This document shows, one piece after another, positions 42,036 to 56,319 of a stretch of DNA of 64,000 bases. This DNA comes from Octopus vulgaris. Lineage: Eukaryota. How positions within the stretch are numbered: position 1 is the stretch's first letter; every line of letters begins with the position of its first letter. The stretch is taken from NCBI GenBank assembly GCA_951406725.2, contig OX597814.1, forward strand, positions 21,576,001-21,640,000. The letters are read 5' to 3'. Below the pieces are notes generated by a model. That model saw only the letters and a program-made list of their open reading frames with translations. It was not told the origin of the DNA and made no database searches. The translations under genes were made by a program, and so were the position numbers.

Positions 42036-42468
42036 AGAGAGTTTCCCGTCTACTTCGAAATATCGGACGCAGTATCTATCATTGAGTCCGAAACACCAAT
42101 GTCTGACAATCTGCTGATATCATTTAGTGTATGAGTAGTATTTGCACACAAAGTCTATCAGAAGATACCATTATGTCATTCTCTGAAGCAATTAAACAGC
42201 GAAAACCATTCCCACGTTCGTGTCAACAGGATCAATTTACGATTGTCACTGTTTTGCGTCTGCATATTTACTTAGCCTTAGCTTCGCAAGACTTCGCACT
42301 CATCAGAAAATACATTGTTTGCTGATTAAGTAGTAATAGGACAGAATTTCCTGTCTAGCTCCAAATGGCAGATGCAATATCTATGACTGATAGCAGCAAA
42401 TCATGCCGAAACGCCGGTGTCTGATAGTCCATTGACACCCTTAGGGTAAGTATGGTATTTACATACAT
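42036..42468 (+). repeat. two diverged direct repeats ~305 bp apart with decayed HHR motifs
   Basis: TTTCCyGTCTA...GCARTATCTATsA...CCGAAACrCCrrTGTCTGAyArTC at ~42043-42111 and ~42347-42429. Confidence 0.6.
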
Positions 42469-43563
42469 ATTCCATAGGGAGAAGTCTTTCGTCGAATCAC
42501 ATTCTAACAACGAAGGCCAATTTTACGTTCCTGTATACAAGAACGAGTTATGAAGGGATATGCACATCATTGATTTCATTCGTGCTGTTTTGCGTGGGGA
42601 TAATAATATATATTGTACGCGTAGGTGTGTGTACCAATGTATGTACATTTGTATGTATGCGCTTGAGTCTGTATTATGTACACAAGAGAATCTACCTCTG
42701 CTCAGGCATGTGTGTGTGTAGATAAACATGCACTCTTGTTGTGTGTGTGCAGGCCACTTTACATGCAAATATATGTACTTCATTCCAGTTGCGATTGTGT
42801 GTATGTGTTCCGTCCAATTGGAGAACCAAATGGAGAACCAAACGGATGAATTTCTGGATTGTTTTTTATTTGGAGAATTACGAATCAGTTTGCTATGTTT
42901 TATTTTGAAGAACACTAGCATATCACAACTCGGGGAATCTATGATAATGTGTACAAACGACAATCTATAGTTTCTGTATAAAAACTCCAAGGTTCCTGTT
43001 AGTTTTCCTTAGATGTTTTTCTTTCCCTTTTCTATTTCTCAAACGTTTGACGTAATATTTACGTACACAGCGTAGCTGATCTCAACAACTTTGAATGACT
43101 GTTGTTCCTTGTCCCATTGTTTAATATCTGGTCAATTTTAATTTCATTAGCTTTTGTTTTTATGAGTAATGCTTCACCAATATTCTTTACTTATAAAGGT
43201 GTTGTTAATTCCTATTTTTGCTATGCTAGTATATATGGTTTTAGCAACAATACTGTCTCTGATGGTGGCACAGTATTTTGCGGATAATTTCTGAAAGCTG
43301 ATGATGTGGTTGATATCTTTCAAGCTGTCATGGCACAATTGACATTTTCTACCGCAACATAGAAATTCAAGGCATCCTTATCTCAATTGCCGATTAGATA
43401 TTTTATCGCTATTTTCTGATCTTGGATGGCAAAGTCATGGCCTTCAAGATGAATTGTGATGTACCGAATCACAGGTCCTGGAGAAACTACTATTCCTCTC
43501 AATGTATTTATACATATGTACATATATAAATACCTTTTACATGTATATTTGTGGGGGTGCGTA

Positions 43564-43598
<35 letters not shown>

Positions 43599-43602
43599 GT
43601 AA

Positions 43603-43931
<329 letters not shown>

Positions 43932-44597
43932 GTTTGTATACGCACATTATGAATATGCGTATTTACGAATTTGCTTTTTTAAGAGTGCTAGCCACCCACA
44001 GTATTACATTAAAGACCACAAATCTCATTTTTTTTTTCAATCCTAATGCAAGTTGTTTATTCTTTCTAGAAGTGAGACGTGGGTAGTAAGTGCATCCTCG
44101 TCACTGTCACTTCTGAAATATCAAGGATCACAGAGTTAATCCACTCGAACTACAACGCCACTATCAACAGTTGGTTTTGCGGTAAGCAAACTTCAGTTCA
44201 CCTAGGTTTTTATATCGTGGGTCTTTAACTATGCATATCAAGATATTTACTCCTGAAATCTCTGAATTTTCTGACGTAATTCACTAGGAATATCCTAGAG
44301 GACTGAAGAAATGATGTTCTGTATTCGGCACCTCCGTTACGAGTTATGACATCACAGATGTTGTAAGATTATTTATCTTAAATCCCAACAAGAAGCGCAT
44401 ATCTCGCTACAGCTCAGACTTGTACAAGTACAGCAGCTTGAAAATTTATATAAATGAATCGAAGGGTATGGTTAGAATTAGAAAAAAAATTTAGAATCTT
44501 CACCATCAATATAGGAGCACTCAACTTTTTGAACATTTCATTAAACGTCAAGCCAGACAAATACTACCTGTATAGAAACTTGATGAGGAGGTCATAT

Positions 44598-44662
<65 letters not shown>

Positions 44663-44665
<3 letters not shown>

Positions 44666-45738
44666 TTTGATACTTTGATACTTTGATAGGTTTCGGCCAT
44701 TATTGGCCCAGGCCATGTCTAACTTAATAACACCACCTGGTGAAGTCTTTCAAGTCAGAATTTGGGCACTATGGCCCACTCAAGTAGAGAGTTATTGTTT
44801 ACAGAGACATATCCGGGTGTAGGGGGTTTATCCGGGATTTCTTGAAGGAATCTGTCCAAAGACTTCTTGAACCCTATAGGGTCAGTTTCTGTTTTAATGT
44901 GTTTTGGTGTAATGTTAAAGAGAGCGGGGCCAATTGAGGTGAAATAATTGTGCCGTATTGTTGTTATGAGATGAGAGTGCGATTTTTGTTTTGGGCGGAT
45001 GGCACGGGGCCCAAGCCTTGGATGTACCTTAAAGGTGATGCCAACATCATTTGGGCAATGCTGATGGAATATTTTCCACATCATGCAGATGATGTAGCGC
45101 TCACGACGACGTTGGAGAGAATAGAGTTTTAGCTTTTCTAGTCGACCCCAATAGTCGAGGCCTGTCATGCCATCTATCTTTTTTGTGATTGCCCTTTGAG
45201 GTGCTTCAACTTTTATGATACCTTGTATTGTGTGGGGAGACCACAGTGGACAACAGTATTCAAGGTGGGGTCGGGCAAAAGTGGAGAAGAGAAGGATAAT
45301 GGTGTGGATATCTCTCGACTGGAAAGTTCTGAGAATCCAGGAACAAATTCTGCGGGCCATGTCAACTTTGGTGTTTATATGAGTGGCCCAGCTTATGTTG
45401 TTGTCCATAATTACTCCCAGGTCTCTGATGTTGTTGGACGCCGCGAGAGTTTCACCTGAAGGAAGGGAGTATGGGAGTTTCAGGGCATCCTCTTTTCCAA
45501 AGTGGATTAGCTCAAATTTATCCTCGTTCAGCAGCATATTGTTTTTTTCTGCCCATTGGATAACAGCCAGTAGATCTGACTGAAGGCATGTCCGGTCACT
45601 CGCCTCATTTATGACCTTCTGTAGCTTGGAGTCATCTGCAAAGATTTTTATGTTGCTGTGCTTGATGATGTCATTAATGTCATTAATGTAAATGATGAAA
45701 AGAAGTGGGCCCAGCACAGTGCCTTGCGGAACGCCACT
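44663..45738 (-). mobile_element. 5'-truncated CR1-like LINE (RT C-terminal half, frame intact) with (TATCAAAG)3 tail
   Basis: [38 protein letters not shown] and SLQRRR. Octamer tail. Both ends in (TA)n. Confidence 0.92.
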
Positions 45739-45757
45739 ATATATATACATATATATA

Positions 45758-45886
<129 letters not shown>

Positions 45887-45889
45887 GTG

Positions 45890-45975
<86 letters not shown>

Positions 45976-45978
<3 letters not shown>

Positions 45979-46235
45979 GAGGCGCGTAGCTTAGTTGTTA
46001 GGGTGTCAGCACCATGATCGTAAGATTGTGGTTTCGGTTCCTGTACCGGGCGACGCGTTGTGTTCTTGAGCAAAACACTTCATTTGAAGTTACTCCAGTG
46101 CACTCAGCTGGCAAAAAATGAGTAACGTTGCGATGGACTGGCGTCCCGTCCAGCTGGGGAATACATGCGCCATAGAAACCGGGAAACCGGGCCCCTGAGC
46201 CTGGCTAGGCTTTAAAAGGGCGGATTTATTTATTT

Positions 46236-46238
<3 letters not shown>
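45976..46238 (+). mobile_element. SINE family C
   Basis: tRNA-like head, GCGATGGACTGGCGTCCCGTCCAG body and (TTTA)n tail. Confidence 0.85.
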
Positions 46239-46289
<51 letters not shown>

Positions 46290-47447
46290 GAATTCTAATC
46301 AGACACTCGCGCGCACATGCACATCAGTCATAATTAGATACTAAGTAGCCTATATCAGTAGATGACTATCCCAATATCCATTCTACCGTCACAAAGAGAT
46401 ATCTTCGACAGCGTAATATAGCAAGGCGTTAGCGTAGAGTTGCGTTAATGAGAAGTTAGTGCACCTGAAGGACCTACCTCTAGTTCCCGAAGAATGTTAA
46501 GAAGTGTAAAATAACCGGTTCAGACCGCTGTTCGACCTAGATATCGTCACGAGCATATCCAGGTATGTTCTATCTCTAAGTAGGAAACATTCTCTAAGCA
46601 TATAAATATTGTAAGTTCTTTAACACTCGTAATGTTAAGATAAATTACTCTTTACTGAACAACATCTCTTCCAGCATCGCATATCCTAACAGAAAAAAGT
46701 ATATACCTGACAGGTTTCAACCTAAGCATTCATCTGCAGCTTCCGTAATCGATTAATCTGTCCACTGAGAGAGCTCTTCCTTTCTGATAGAATCCCGAAG
46801 AACTACACGGGCCTTACAACCAATGATTTCAGGGAAAGATTATCTCAGCATAAGCAGAGACAGCGAAAATCAACTCCTTATCTCATTTCATTTGAAGGCT
46901 TAGCTATCAAGGAAACACTCTACCCTGTATCTCTTAAAAGAAACCTTAACCTGTTATTTTGCTGCAACCAATAGAGCATTTTGTGTTGGTTAATGGTGAT
47001 GGTGATGGTCATCGTTATTGTCATGGTCTTTGCGACAGTTATTAGACAAGAACCAAAGGGTCACAAAACCGTATGCTACTAGATTGGTCCTATAGTTCTT
47101 AAATGTAGAACTATAAACCATCATCACAGGAATTGGATGGGAATAACAAAATCTATTACATAAAAGAACACTTTATGTAATCGAACCTCGTCCTATGCTG
47201 GTAATGAGTATGTGACCTCGGACTATGTTATAAATCAGTACTCCAATAGTCTTGTGCTAGCCCAGGTACACTGGTTATACTTCAATTGAATTCTAGGCAT
47301 GCTAGCTTTTTTTTCTTCTTTAATATGAGTTATCTCTACGGTTTTGTACAATAGTAGCTTCTCTGAAACTCAAAGTTCACGATGCTGAGTTGCTTCAAAT
47401 GTTTTCTCCCTCCCTTTTTTTATTGGGTTGGTGCTATCCTTAAAATA

Positions 47448-48012
47448 TTGGGTTTCCGGAAAGTTCGTGCCGATTTATAGTAGCTTACCTTTCGACTTAT
47501 TTTAGAATATGGTTGAGTCCATAAAATAGGATTTGACTACACCTCCATTTAGAGCACAGTTTAAGCTATCTTTTCGCGGAAGAAGGTTTATGTTCCTATA
47601 ACCTGTGTTAATTCTGTAACCCTTTAACATGGAAGATAAGAAAGTTCATTTTCGGCACTTGATGCTTTGGAAACTAGACGAAAATTGCTGCAGCTCGGCT
47701 GGGATGTGTTACTCCATCCTCCATATTCACCAGATATTGCTCCTTCGGATTTCCACTTATTTAGGTCTCTGCAGAATAGTCTTAATGGTAAAAATTTCAA
47801 TTCCTTGGATGACGTAAAAATATACCTTGATGAAATCTTTGCCATGAAACCACTTCAATTCTGGGAAGAGGGTATTTTCAAGTTAAAGGAAAGAAGGAGA
47901 CGCATTGTGCAACAAAATGGCTCATACTTGGTTGATTAAAAATGTAATGTCAAGTACTTATTGACCCTTTTCTTTCCTTTAAAAATTGGCACGAACTTTC
48001 CGGACAACCCAA
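47448..48012 (+). mobile_element. internally deleted mariner element with both TIRs and TA target duplication
   Basis: TIRs TTGGGTTTCCGGAAAGTTCGTGCCGATTT and AAATTGGCACGAACTTTCCGGACAACCCAA, TA on both sides. Peptides MEDKKVHFRHLML and HPPYSPDIAPSDFHLF. Confidence 0.93.
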
Positions 48013-49674
48013 TATTACAGTTGCAAACCGTACAGTTTTCCGTATCTTTTCAGTTCTTTATTTTGTTTTAAATAAAATGCCACCACTACTACTTTTTTGT
48101 GATCCCTGTTCTTCCCATTCTTAAAAGGTTAATTTATTTCGTTTTAGTCATATATTTAGTTAAACGTTTATATTTATCTACGGAGTGCATGTTGTCTGAC
48201 AGGATTGAAATGTCATTCAAAACGGTTGTTATGGTGTTTGATAAAAATAGATATTGTTGCTTTTATTTTCTGTCAATATCAACATAATGATCCGAACTTT
48301 GGTAATTTTTTCCCCAGAAAATGTATTGCTATCTTGCATTGTCCTAATTGTTTTGCATATTCAGTGTTAGCAGTGACCAATTTAATCGATTATATCTTTA
48401 TAGTCATTTCATATTCCGTTTCATTGCAATTGCTGCAGGGAGGGTTTTGATTATGCTCAGATCAACAGCTCCTTGTTGTCATTTTTATGCTCTCATGTTT
48501 ATAAATGTTGAATCTTTTTACTTGATCCGCCACTTTTCTCTATGTAGGGGTTTGTCATTTCAATGTGCAAACGATCCATTTTGAGCATTTTCAGCTTTTT
48601 ATCCTTTGTATTATTTCTTTTTATCATTTGTAACTGTTCTTCCCCTCCAATATAGAATGCTGCTTTAACTTTTCTTTTATGTATTCTTGTCGCTTTCAAG
48701 ATAACAAATAGTTTGATTGTTTTTTAGCTTTATTTGATTTTCGGTTTTCTTTTTTCTTTTTGTTTTACGTCTTCAAATCATTTACATTATATTTTCTTTA
48801 TTGTATATTTGGTATTGGTTGGAGTTTTCTTTTTTACTAGTTATCTTCAGTTACAAATTAGAAAAGTCTATTATCCTTTGTGTTCAAGGTAAATAGTATT
48901 TGCTGCAGGTTGTACATTCTAAATGCTGTTATTATTTTACTAGGTTCTTTAATTAAAACAGCAAAAGCATAACTATTATTTTACTTTCGGCATTTTTTCT
49001 TTTACTTTGATTTCTAAAGAAACAAGTCTATGGTAATTCTTCCCAAGCTATTGTCCTCGTTTGTTTTATTCCATTCAGCTCTACTCCAACGTATCATTTT
49101 ACTTTCACTATCTACCTAATTGATTCCTCGATCATTATAGTACTTTCTTTCGTCTAAACCTCTTATCATTTTATCTTCAGCTGTTATAATATTGATTTTA
49201 TTTAGTTCTCAGTTCTCCTCTCCCGAAGATGGCCTTGAAACGTTACTCCATAATAATATACCAACTTAATCTTTGCAGAGTCTAGTAATGTTTATTAACT
49301 ACTTTTTTTCTTTTTTAGTAATCTCTCATGTACAACTGGAAGTTATGCATAAGTAGAAAATTTCTTTTTATATCATTGCAGGACACCTATATTTGCACTC
49401 TACGTAGTTCATCATTTTGATGACAATGATATTTTTATAATAAAATTTATTTATAAATCACAAGAATTAACAACTAAAGTCGAGAGACAGACATACAAAG
49501 ACAGAGATATGTAGATAATGGTGTGTGATTTATCTAGAATCGTCTATTGGAAAGGTATCTAATCAGCTCGAAGTATAAAACAATAAGTCTAATAGAGACG
49601 AATAAGCATAAATAATTATATGTTAACATCAAATGCAAATAGAATTATTTTCGTATTAGGCAAATAGTTATAGA

Positions 49675-49760
49675 CATACTCAGAAATATGAATGTGTGCG
49701 TGTATAATATAGATGAACATATACTCAGAAATATGAATGTGTGCGTGTATAATATAGATA
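49675..49760. repeat. 2-copy ~45-bp tandem duplication
   Basis: ATACTCAGAAATATGAATGTGTGCGTGTATAATATAGAT twice. Confidence 0.9.
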
Positions 49761-49859
49761 CACACAAACATATACACAAATACACACACCTAACACATTC
49801 TCGCACACACATGCATTGTGTTTTTACTATAACAATAAAAGCATAACTATTATTTTACC

Positions 49860-50065
49860 TTCTACTATAGGCACAAGGCATGAAATCTTGGGAAAAGGGC
49901 CTGGTCGATTGGAGTGACTCCAGTGCTCAACTGGTACTTATTTTATCGGCCCTCGAAAGTGGATAAAAGACAAAGTCGACTTCAGCGGAATTTAAACCAA
50001 GAACGTAAAGCCAGAAAAGCGTTTTTCGCGAACGCGCTAACGATTCTGCGTGCTAAGCTCGCCAC
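49860..50065 (-). mobile_element. CORE-like SINE relic
   Basis: Similar to 29030-29245. Confidence 0.65.
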
Positions 50066-50752
50066 ATTCGTGCATATTGATTTTGAGGTAATAATTTATT
50101 TTCTTTTGAAAAATTAGCATTAATTGCATCATTTCGTATAAGTAAGCATCATGAAAGTAGAAGGAAGTTAAGTCATAATTATTGTATGTTTGCCATTTTT
50201 TTAGTACTACTTTTAGTGGCAAAATTACACTTCCAAAGTGGTCCATTATGTGACGGATAGCACTCTAGTATATCGGCGTATATCCCTGCATATCGGAAAT
50301 AGAGCACTCTAAAATGCAGAATGCTATGTAGCACCCTCTAGTTAATATCACTCTGCAGTGTCAGCGTAATCGGTGTATATTTGCGGAAGATAAATATCAG
50401 CGAAAAAAACGAAAAACCAAAGGTGTACGAACGAAATCCCTTTGGATATGTTTTCTGCACAGGGTTACAAACACTCGCTCGCAAGTCCCATTGTGAGAGA
50501 TACAGAAAGGCAGTAATTGACTCGTGACAAACATGTAACCAACAGTGATGTTATTCACCAGTTACGGTATAAAAGAAACAAAATGGTGAAATATGCATTC
50601 AGATTATCTTTTGGTACGAAACGTTGCAGAGGTTTCTGTGATTGTTGTGTGTGTGAGAGAGAGAGGGGGAGTGTGTGTGAGAGAGAGATTGTGTGTGTGA
50701 GACAGAGAGAGAGAAAGAGAGAGGGTGGAAGAGAGAGTATGTGTGAGAGAGC

Positions 50753-50793
<41 letters not shown>

Positions 50794-50824
50794 TGTGTGT
50801 GTGTGTGTGTATGTGAGGGTGTGC

Positions 50825-50860
<36 letters not shown>

Positions 50861-51769
50861 GTGTGTGTATGTGTGTGTTTCGAACTACAAAAAATATTCT
50901 GCATTGCTGTATTTTACGAATTAATATTATTTATTATTATTTCTCGCTGTTTTTCTATATATTTCATCCTTAATTTCATTAGCATTCTTTTTATTTATTT
51001 ATTCTTTAGTCAGGAGAGACAGCAGTGCCTATGAACCTTCACAGAGCCTCCGGGATCAGTGAAAGGAAGAGGAGAAGATATCCTCAAAGAAGAGACCTGA
51101 CCCGAATGCTTACAACAAACTGAAATCGCTGAAGACACCCAAGGTTAGACCGGGTGACGGCTTAAATTTACCATCCTAATAAGCCACGACAGGGTCAGAA
51201 TTCGAACCGAAAAGAACTGGTACAAATCTTGCAAGTCTTCCTTTACGGTTCCCGTCAATTCATCGCCTCCTATTTAATTCATATTATATCGACCCCGAAG
51301 GGATGAAAGGTAACGTAGACCTCGGGTGGGACTTGAACTCAGAGTATCGAGTGCTAAAACATACCGAAAGGCATTGCATCCAACACTCTAATGATTCTAT
51401 CAGCTCGAGACGACTTCTACAGATTTATTTTTATGATCACTGTATATTGAAATACTTAATTTCAATAATGTTAATTTATCTTGTTTGATTAGCCATGAAT
51501 TACTTTGATGTAATGTTTTTAAAGAGCTATATGATAGATGTTCTAAATAGCTAATTAATAGTAGTGATATCCATAACTTCCTACGATTCTCTTGCGTTCG
51601 TTATTGTACAATTTCAGTAGTGATATACTCATGACATGTTTTTTAAGGGGTGAGCCTTCTGTTTTTCCGTTTAGAATATCTGTTTTATTTTATTTTCCCT
51701 TATACTCCTTAATATTTTAAGAGTATTCTCTCATTACTTTGTATTCATATATTTATCAAAGCTAATACT

Positions 51770-53765
51770 TGTCGTTGTTAGCGGATGTGTTCGGCTTTTC
51801 GGTGGCACTTCGCTCAAATGTTTGGAGCGGATTAAGGGGCAGTGGAGGGACTGGACTTTGCTGCTTACCTCAACAACCTGCTGCAGCTCTCCTCTGGGGA
51901 TGTGGAGTTTTGCAAAAGGCCAAAGCAGCTAACGAAACACGGGAAGCGATCGCTGACTGCACGTGGAAGAACTCGCCGGTGCTCCGTTTCTCGCCTACAA
52001 AATTTATTTTCATATGCCAGGTTTGTTCAGGAGTCTCTTGGAAGATGTCTACTGCAACAGGTAGCAGAATTGGAGAATTCTCTGTCATGTGAAATGAGGT
52101 GTTGTGATGCAACTGAGAAAGAACCCGAACAATATGGATGATATTAACAATTTTAGGGCCCTAACTTTGTTAAATGCAGGGCTCAAGTTTTTGGTTACGT
52201 TGTTAACCAAGAGCATGACGCTTGCTGTCGTTACTCTAGTCGGTGAGGAACAGATATGCGCCATCCCAAGCAGATCTATCCAAAGGAAACTCCACTTCAC
52301 GCAATACCTCATAGAAAGGGTGGAGAAAGAACCTGTCATAGAAGTCCTGATCAATTTAGATCGATCGTAAACTTTCGGTATGGTTGACTTTCGATATTTG
52401 GTGGTCGTTCGTACGATGTACAGTAATAATTGCACGATGATAAGAGTCAATGATCATCTACCCGAATCATTCAGTATCATGCGTTTAGTCCGTTTTACCC
52501 TTTCTGTATGCGCTGGCTTTAGAGCCAGTGCTGCGGAGGTTAGAGACTTCGAAAGGTATAACGCGTGGACTTAAATACAAAAGAACTGTACCAACACATG
52601 CGGGCCACATCACCGTAATAGAACCGGACACCAAGCATATCAAGGTGATTGGGCACTGCTCTGAATGAATAAGAAGCGCTGACAAGAGTAAAAATCGACC
52701 AGAAAACGTCTGTAACTGCAGCCTGGTACCCGGAGAAGTATATTCATCCCGCCCAAAAGCGTGCAGTCATGTGCAAAGGTTACATCTCCAGTGTTTCTAT
52801 GATGATGAGCAAGCGTCGTCACCGTTAGTCTGATTCGCTGCAGTCCTGTATAAAGCGTAGACAGGGAGGTTGTCTCCAAGAGTTTCGTCAGGCACCCACA
52901 GCCCTCAACCAATACGGTAAGTTCCAACATAAGTTTTATAAGGGATAGGTGGTGAGCATGAGCGACGATGTCTTCGGTAAACTCTGGACCTCGAGAGAGT
53001 TCAGCAAGCTGGTCTTTTCTGAAGAACCTTTAGTGCAGAGCCCAAAGATAATTCATAGAGACTTAGTGATGGGCAAGAGCATAACTATTCTCCGTGAGTC
53101 CCTGAACGTCGTCAAAAATCAAATAGCTAGTCTGTTCCGGAGGATGTTCGTGCCAAAGTCCATAGATAAGTTCTAGCAATCCCTGACCCGGTACTAATAC
53201 CGCGATAGGGTGACATTGCCAGTATGATACAAACTCTACAGGAGTGGTAACGCAGTCAGCTGCACCTACCCACAATGACAAAACCGTTTTCTCTGTCTGG
53301 TGGTTATGGCGAAAGAGGTTGGGTGTGAAACGTGACTGAAAGGACTGAAGGTAGGCATTTTTCATCGTCGAGAAAGCGTTCATCGACTGTTTTAAATTCC
53401 ATTTGGAACGGAAGGTATGAGTTGATAGAGATGTGCTGCTCCAAGTAAATTTGTCGAAAGGTGGGTTAACGTGATGAGGGCGACCCGAGTGAAAGGGCCA
53501 ACTCAAAACTGCCGCTTGTAGGCTGAGGAGTACGGAGGAAAGTGGGGCACATGCAATCGTACTTCAGGTGACTAGAGTGTTTAAGGATCTATGTGGTACC
53601 TTGGTTGTCCTTCGATGGTACTGCTAATTAGAAAATGTGTTTGTTAGAATTTTTTACTAAATGTTATGGTTTAAAATTGCTTACGTGGTTCTATGTAAAT
53701 CCTTACTATCCTTTGTCTTTGTATTGTCTTAAATGTTTTACACGGCCCTTGTAACCAGTAAAGAC
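51770..53765 (+). mobile_element. degraded Tx1/L1-like LINE
   Basis: NNFRALTLLNAGLKFL...EEQICAIPSRSIQ...LINLD (RT N-terminal motifs). Multiple frameshifts. Confidence 0.7.
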
Positions 53766-53775
53766 AGAATTGTTG

Positions 53776-53807
<32 letters not shown>

Positions 53808-53857
53808 TTTATTTTTATTATTGTTACAATTATTATTATTATTATATTTATTTTTAT

Positions 53858-53950
53858 TATTACCTCCGCCTTAGCGAAGGCGGAGGTATTGTTTTCACTC
53901 ACGTTTGTTGGTTTGTTTGTTCAGTCACGTTTGTTGGTTTATTTGGACAT
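53858..53950 (+). mobile_element. Helentron-type non-autonomous element end
   Basis: Hairpin TACCTCCGCCTT-agcg-AAGGCGGAGGTA followed by TTGTTTTC and a (GTTT)n-like tract. Confidence 0.5.
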
Positions 53951-54113
53951 GCTCAACTGGTTAAAGTCAAACAACTGACAAGCACATCTGTGGTATTGAG
54001 CAGAATAGTTGCTGTAGCCCATCTTTTATACCAAAACAAAACAATGTATATGATAGCAGCCATGAGAGCCACTACCTGGTACTGCATCAGAGCATTTTTT
54101 ATTATTATTATCA

Positions 54114-54169
<56 letters not shown>

Positions 54170-56079
54170 GTGAGCTGGCAGAGTCGTCGACAAGACAAAG
54201 TACCAATCAAATACTAGGGTCGGCAGAATCCATTTACACCTTCGCCTCAAAGTCGCTGGCATTGTTCCAAACGTGAAACTGTTGATCGCGAGACGCGTCC
54301 GGAAAAATGACATTTATTTCGGGCCTTTGCATTCTAGAATCAAATTCTGCTGAAGTCAGCTTCGCCTGTCATCCTTACAGAGCCGATAAAATAAAGTACC
54401 AATCAAGTACTAAGGGTGAAGGTTTGGATTAAGCTTCCTTTAAAAATTATTGGCCTTTTGCCTAAATCTGCCTGGAGAAAGAAATGTTGAAAGGTAAATT
54501 GTTGAAAGTCGTGAGCTTGGCCCGAATGAATGACCTTGCTCTTTGCAGGCGCTTTTAGAATTTAGATTAGAACGATTGGGAAAGGATGCTTCTCTCAATA
54601 GTTATGGTAACCGTACTTTTGTGGTGTTTTTACATGAAGCCCTGGGAAATCATTCCCCCACAACATCACATTACTGAGGATTGTTGCCATGTTGCTTTTC
54701 TTTTATATTTCATTTACGCGTAAAACACATCTATTTTCTGAAACCTCGACTTTGTAATGTCCTTGCTTTTGTGTGCACCCTGGCGGCTAATAAGGAAATC
54801 ATTTTTATTGTTGTTATTCAATAGTTTCAAATGAATATTTAAAAAAAAATATCACTTTAGCATGTCTTCCTCTGTGTAAATCGACTGTGAGTAGAGTTAG
54901 TTTTGTTTCTGTTTGGTTTCAGTTGCGTTGCTGCTGATCTGCTGATAATGGTATTGTTGCTTTACGTTTTAGAATTTTGTTCAGTGTTATTACTTGTGCA
55001 ATTAATTTCCTTGTTGTTACGTAAGTTGATATTTTATTATAGGATCTAGTGTAGAATGTGTCAGAACTATGTAGTTTTATCGGTTACCACATATGCAGTG
55101 CGCGCCTTGATGTAGTTTAGTTGATCGTGTTCGTACATTGAAAATGTATAAAACAGGATTGTATTTATTATTGTTATTGGGGAGAAAGCTGTGCGTTCAC
55201 AATATGATTAATTACAAAACGTCGGATTGCAGGCATGATGTTGTTTAGCTTCCGCCTCCTACGTACTCTGATTACAAACTTTGTTAGCATGAAGTTTGAT
55301 AAAATAAATAACCAAGTAGACATTTGTCGAACTTCGAGTTAATAAAGAACATCTAGATACTCGCTGAATTTGCTCGAAATAGCCGTCAAACTTTCATCAA
55401 ATCACACCTTACAATTTGGAAAACAAAGTAAGATAAATTGAATAACAGGATCCAAAAAGAAAACATTTGAACTACGAAAATATGGAAGCAATACGGCTGG
55501 TGCGCCTTTAATGATACGTCAGTTATTTAATAAGGATATACTTTGAGTATATCCTGATACGACGACGACAACAACAACAAATCTGTAGAGTTTTAGAAAT
55601 CTAAGAAATCAATGATTCTTTTTTTCTATTAGCAATATTTTGCAAATACAACACTAACTCTCTGGACACTAATGGTCCGGAACCTTTTATTGTCCGCATT
55701 AATTTAAGAGCAGGAATTCCCGGTTTCGTCAGACTAGTCTGCTGGTACTTTGTACTGCATTGCGCTTTGTACAGTACAGTATCCATAAAGTTGTATCATT
55801 TACACTAATGTACAGTACTGGTACTTCATTTAATTATATAAGTGAATTTAATTAAGTCAGAGCATGACCAGCCTTATTCCAGATAAAAAAAATCACTTAT
55901 CCGTAATGTCTTTGGGCCCAAAGATTCCGAAGAATCGATTTTGTGTCTGTAATGGCATATCTATTGGGTTATTAAACCATTTTTCTTTACCTTTATAGTA
56001 ATGTCAAAACACTTTTATCCTTATTTCTATTGTAACCTGTACAGGTATCTCCCATTTCTTTGTGGAAATGCTATAATAT

Positions 56080-56270
56080 TGGTATCAAATTTTGGTACAA
56101 GGTTAGCAATTTCGGGGACATCAACACCCACTGCTCAACTCGTTATTTTGTCGACCCCAGAAGGGTGAAAGCAAGGCCGACCGGAATTTGAACTCAGAAC
56201 GTAAAGGCGGACAAAATTCCCTTAAACATGTTGCCCGGCGTAGTAACTATTCTGCCGGCTCACCACACTT
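56080..56270 (-). mobile_element. CORE-like SINE relic
   Basis: Similar to 29030-29245. Confidence 0.6.
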
Positions 56271-56319
56271 GACAGCATTCGTAAAGCTCCGTTAGTAGTT
56301 AAAGATCGAACGCAAGGCA

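Noticed and set aside
51125-51165. CTGAAGA-CACCC...GGGTG hammerhead-like start (similar weak cases at 2130-2170 and 49222-49245)
   Set aside because: The GAAA box or stems I/III are missing; not distinguishable from chance.
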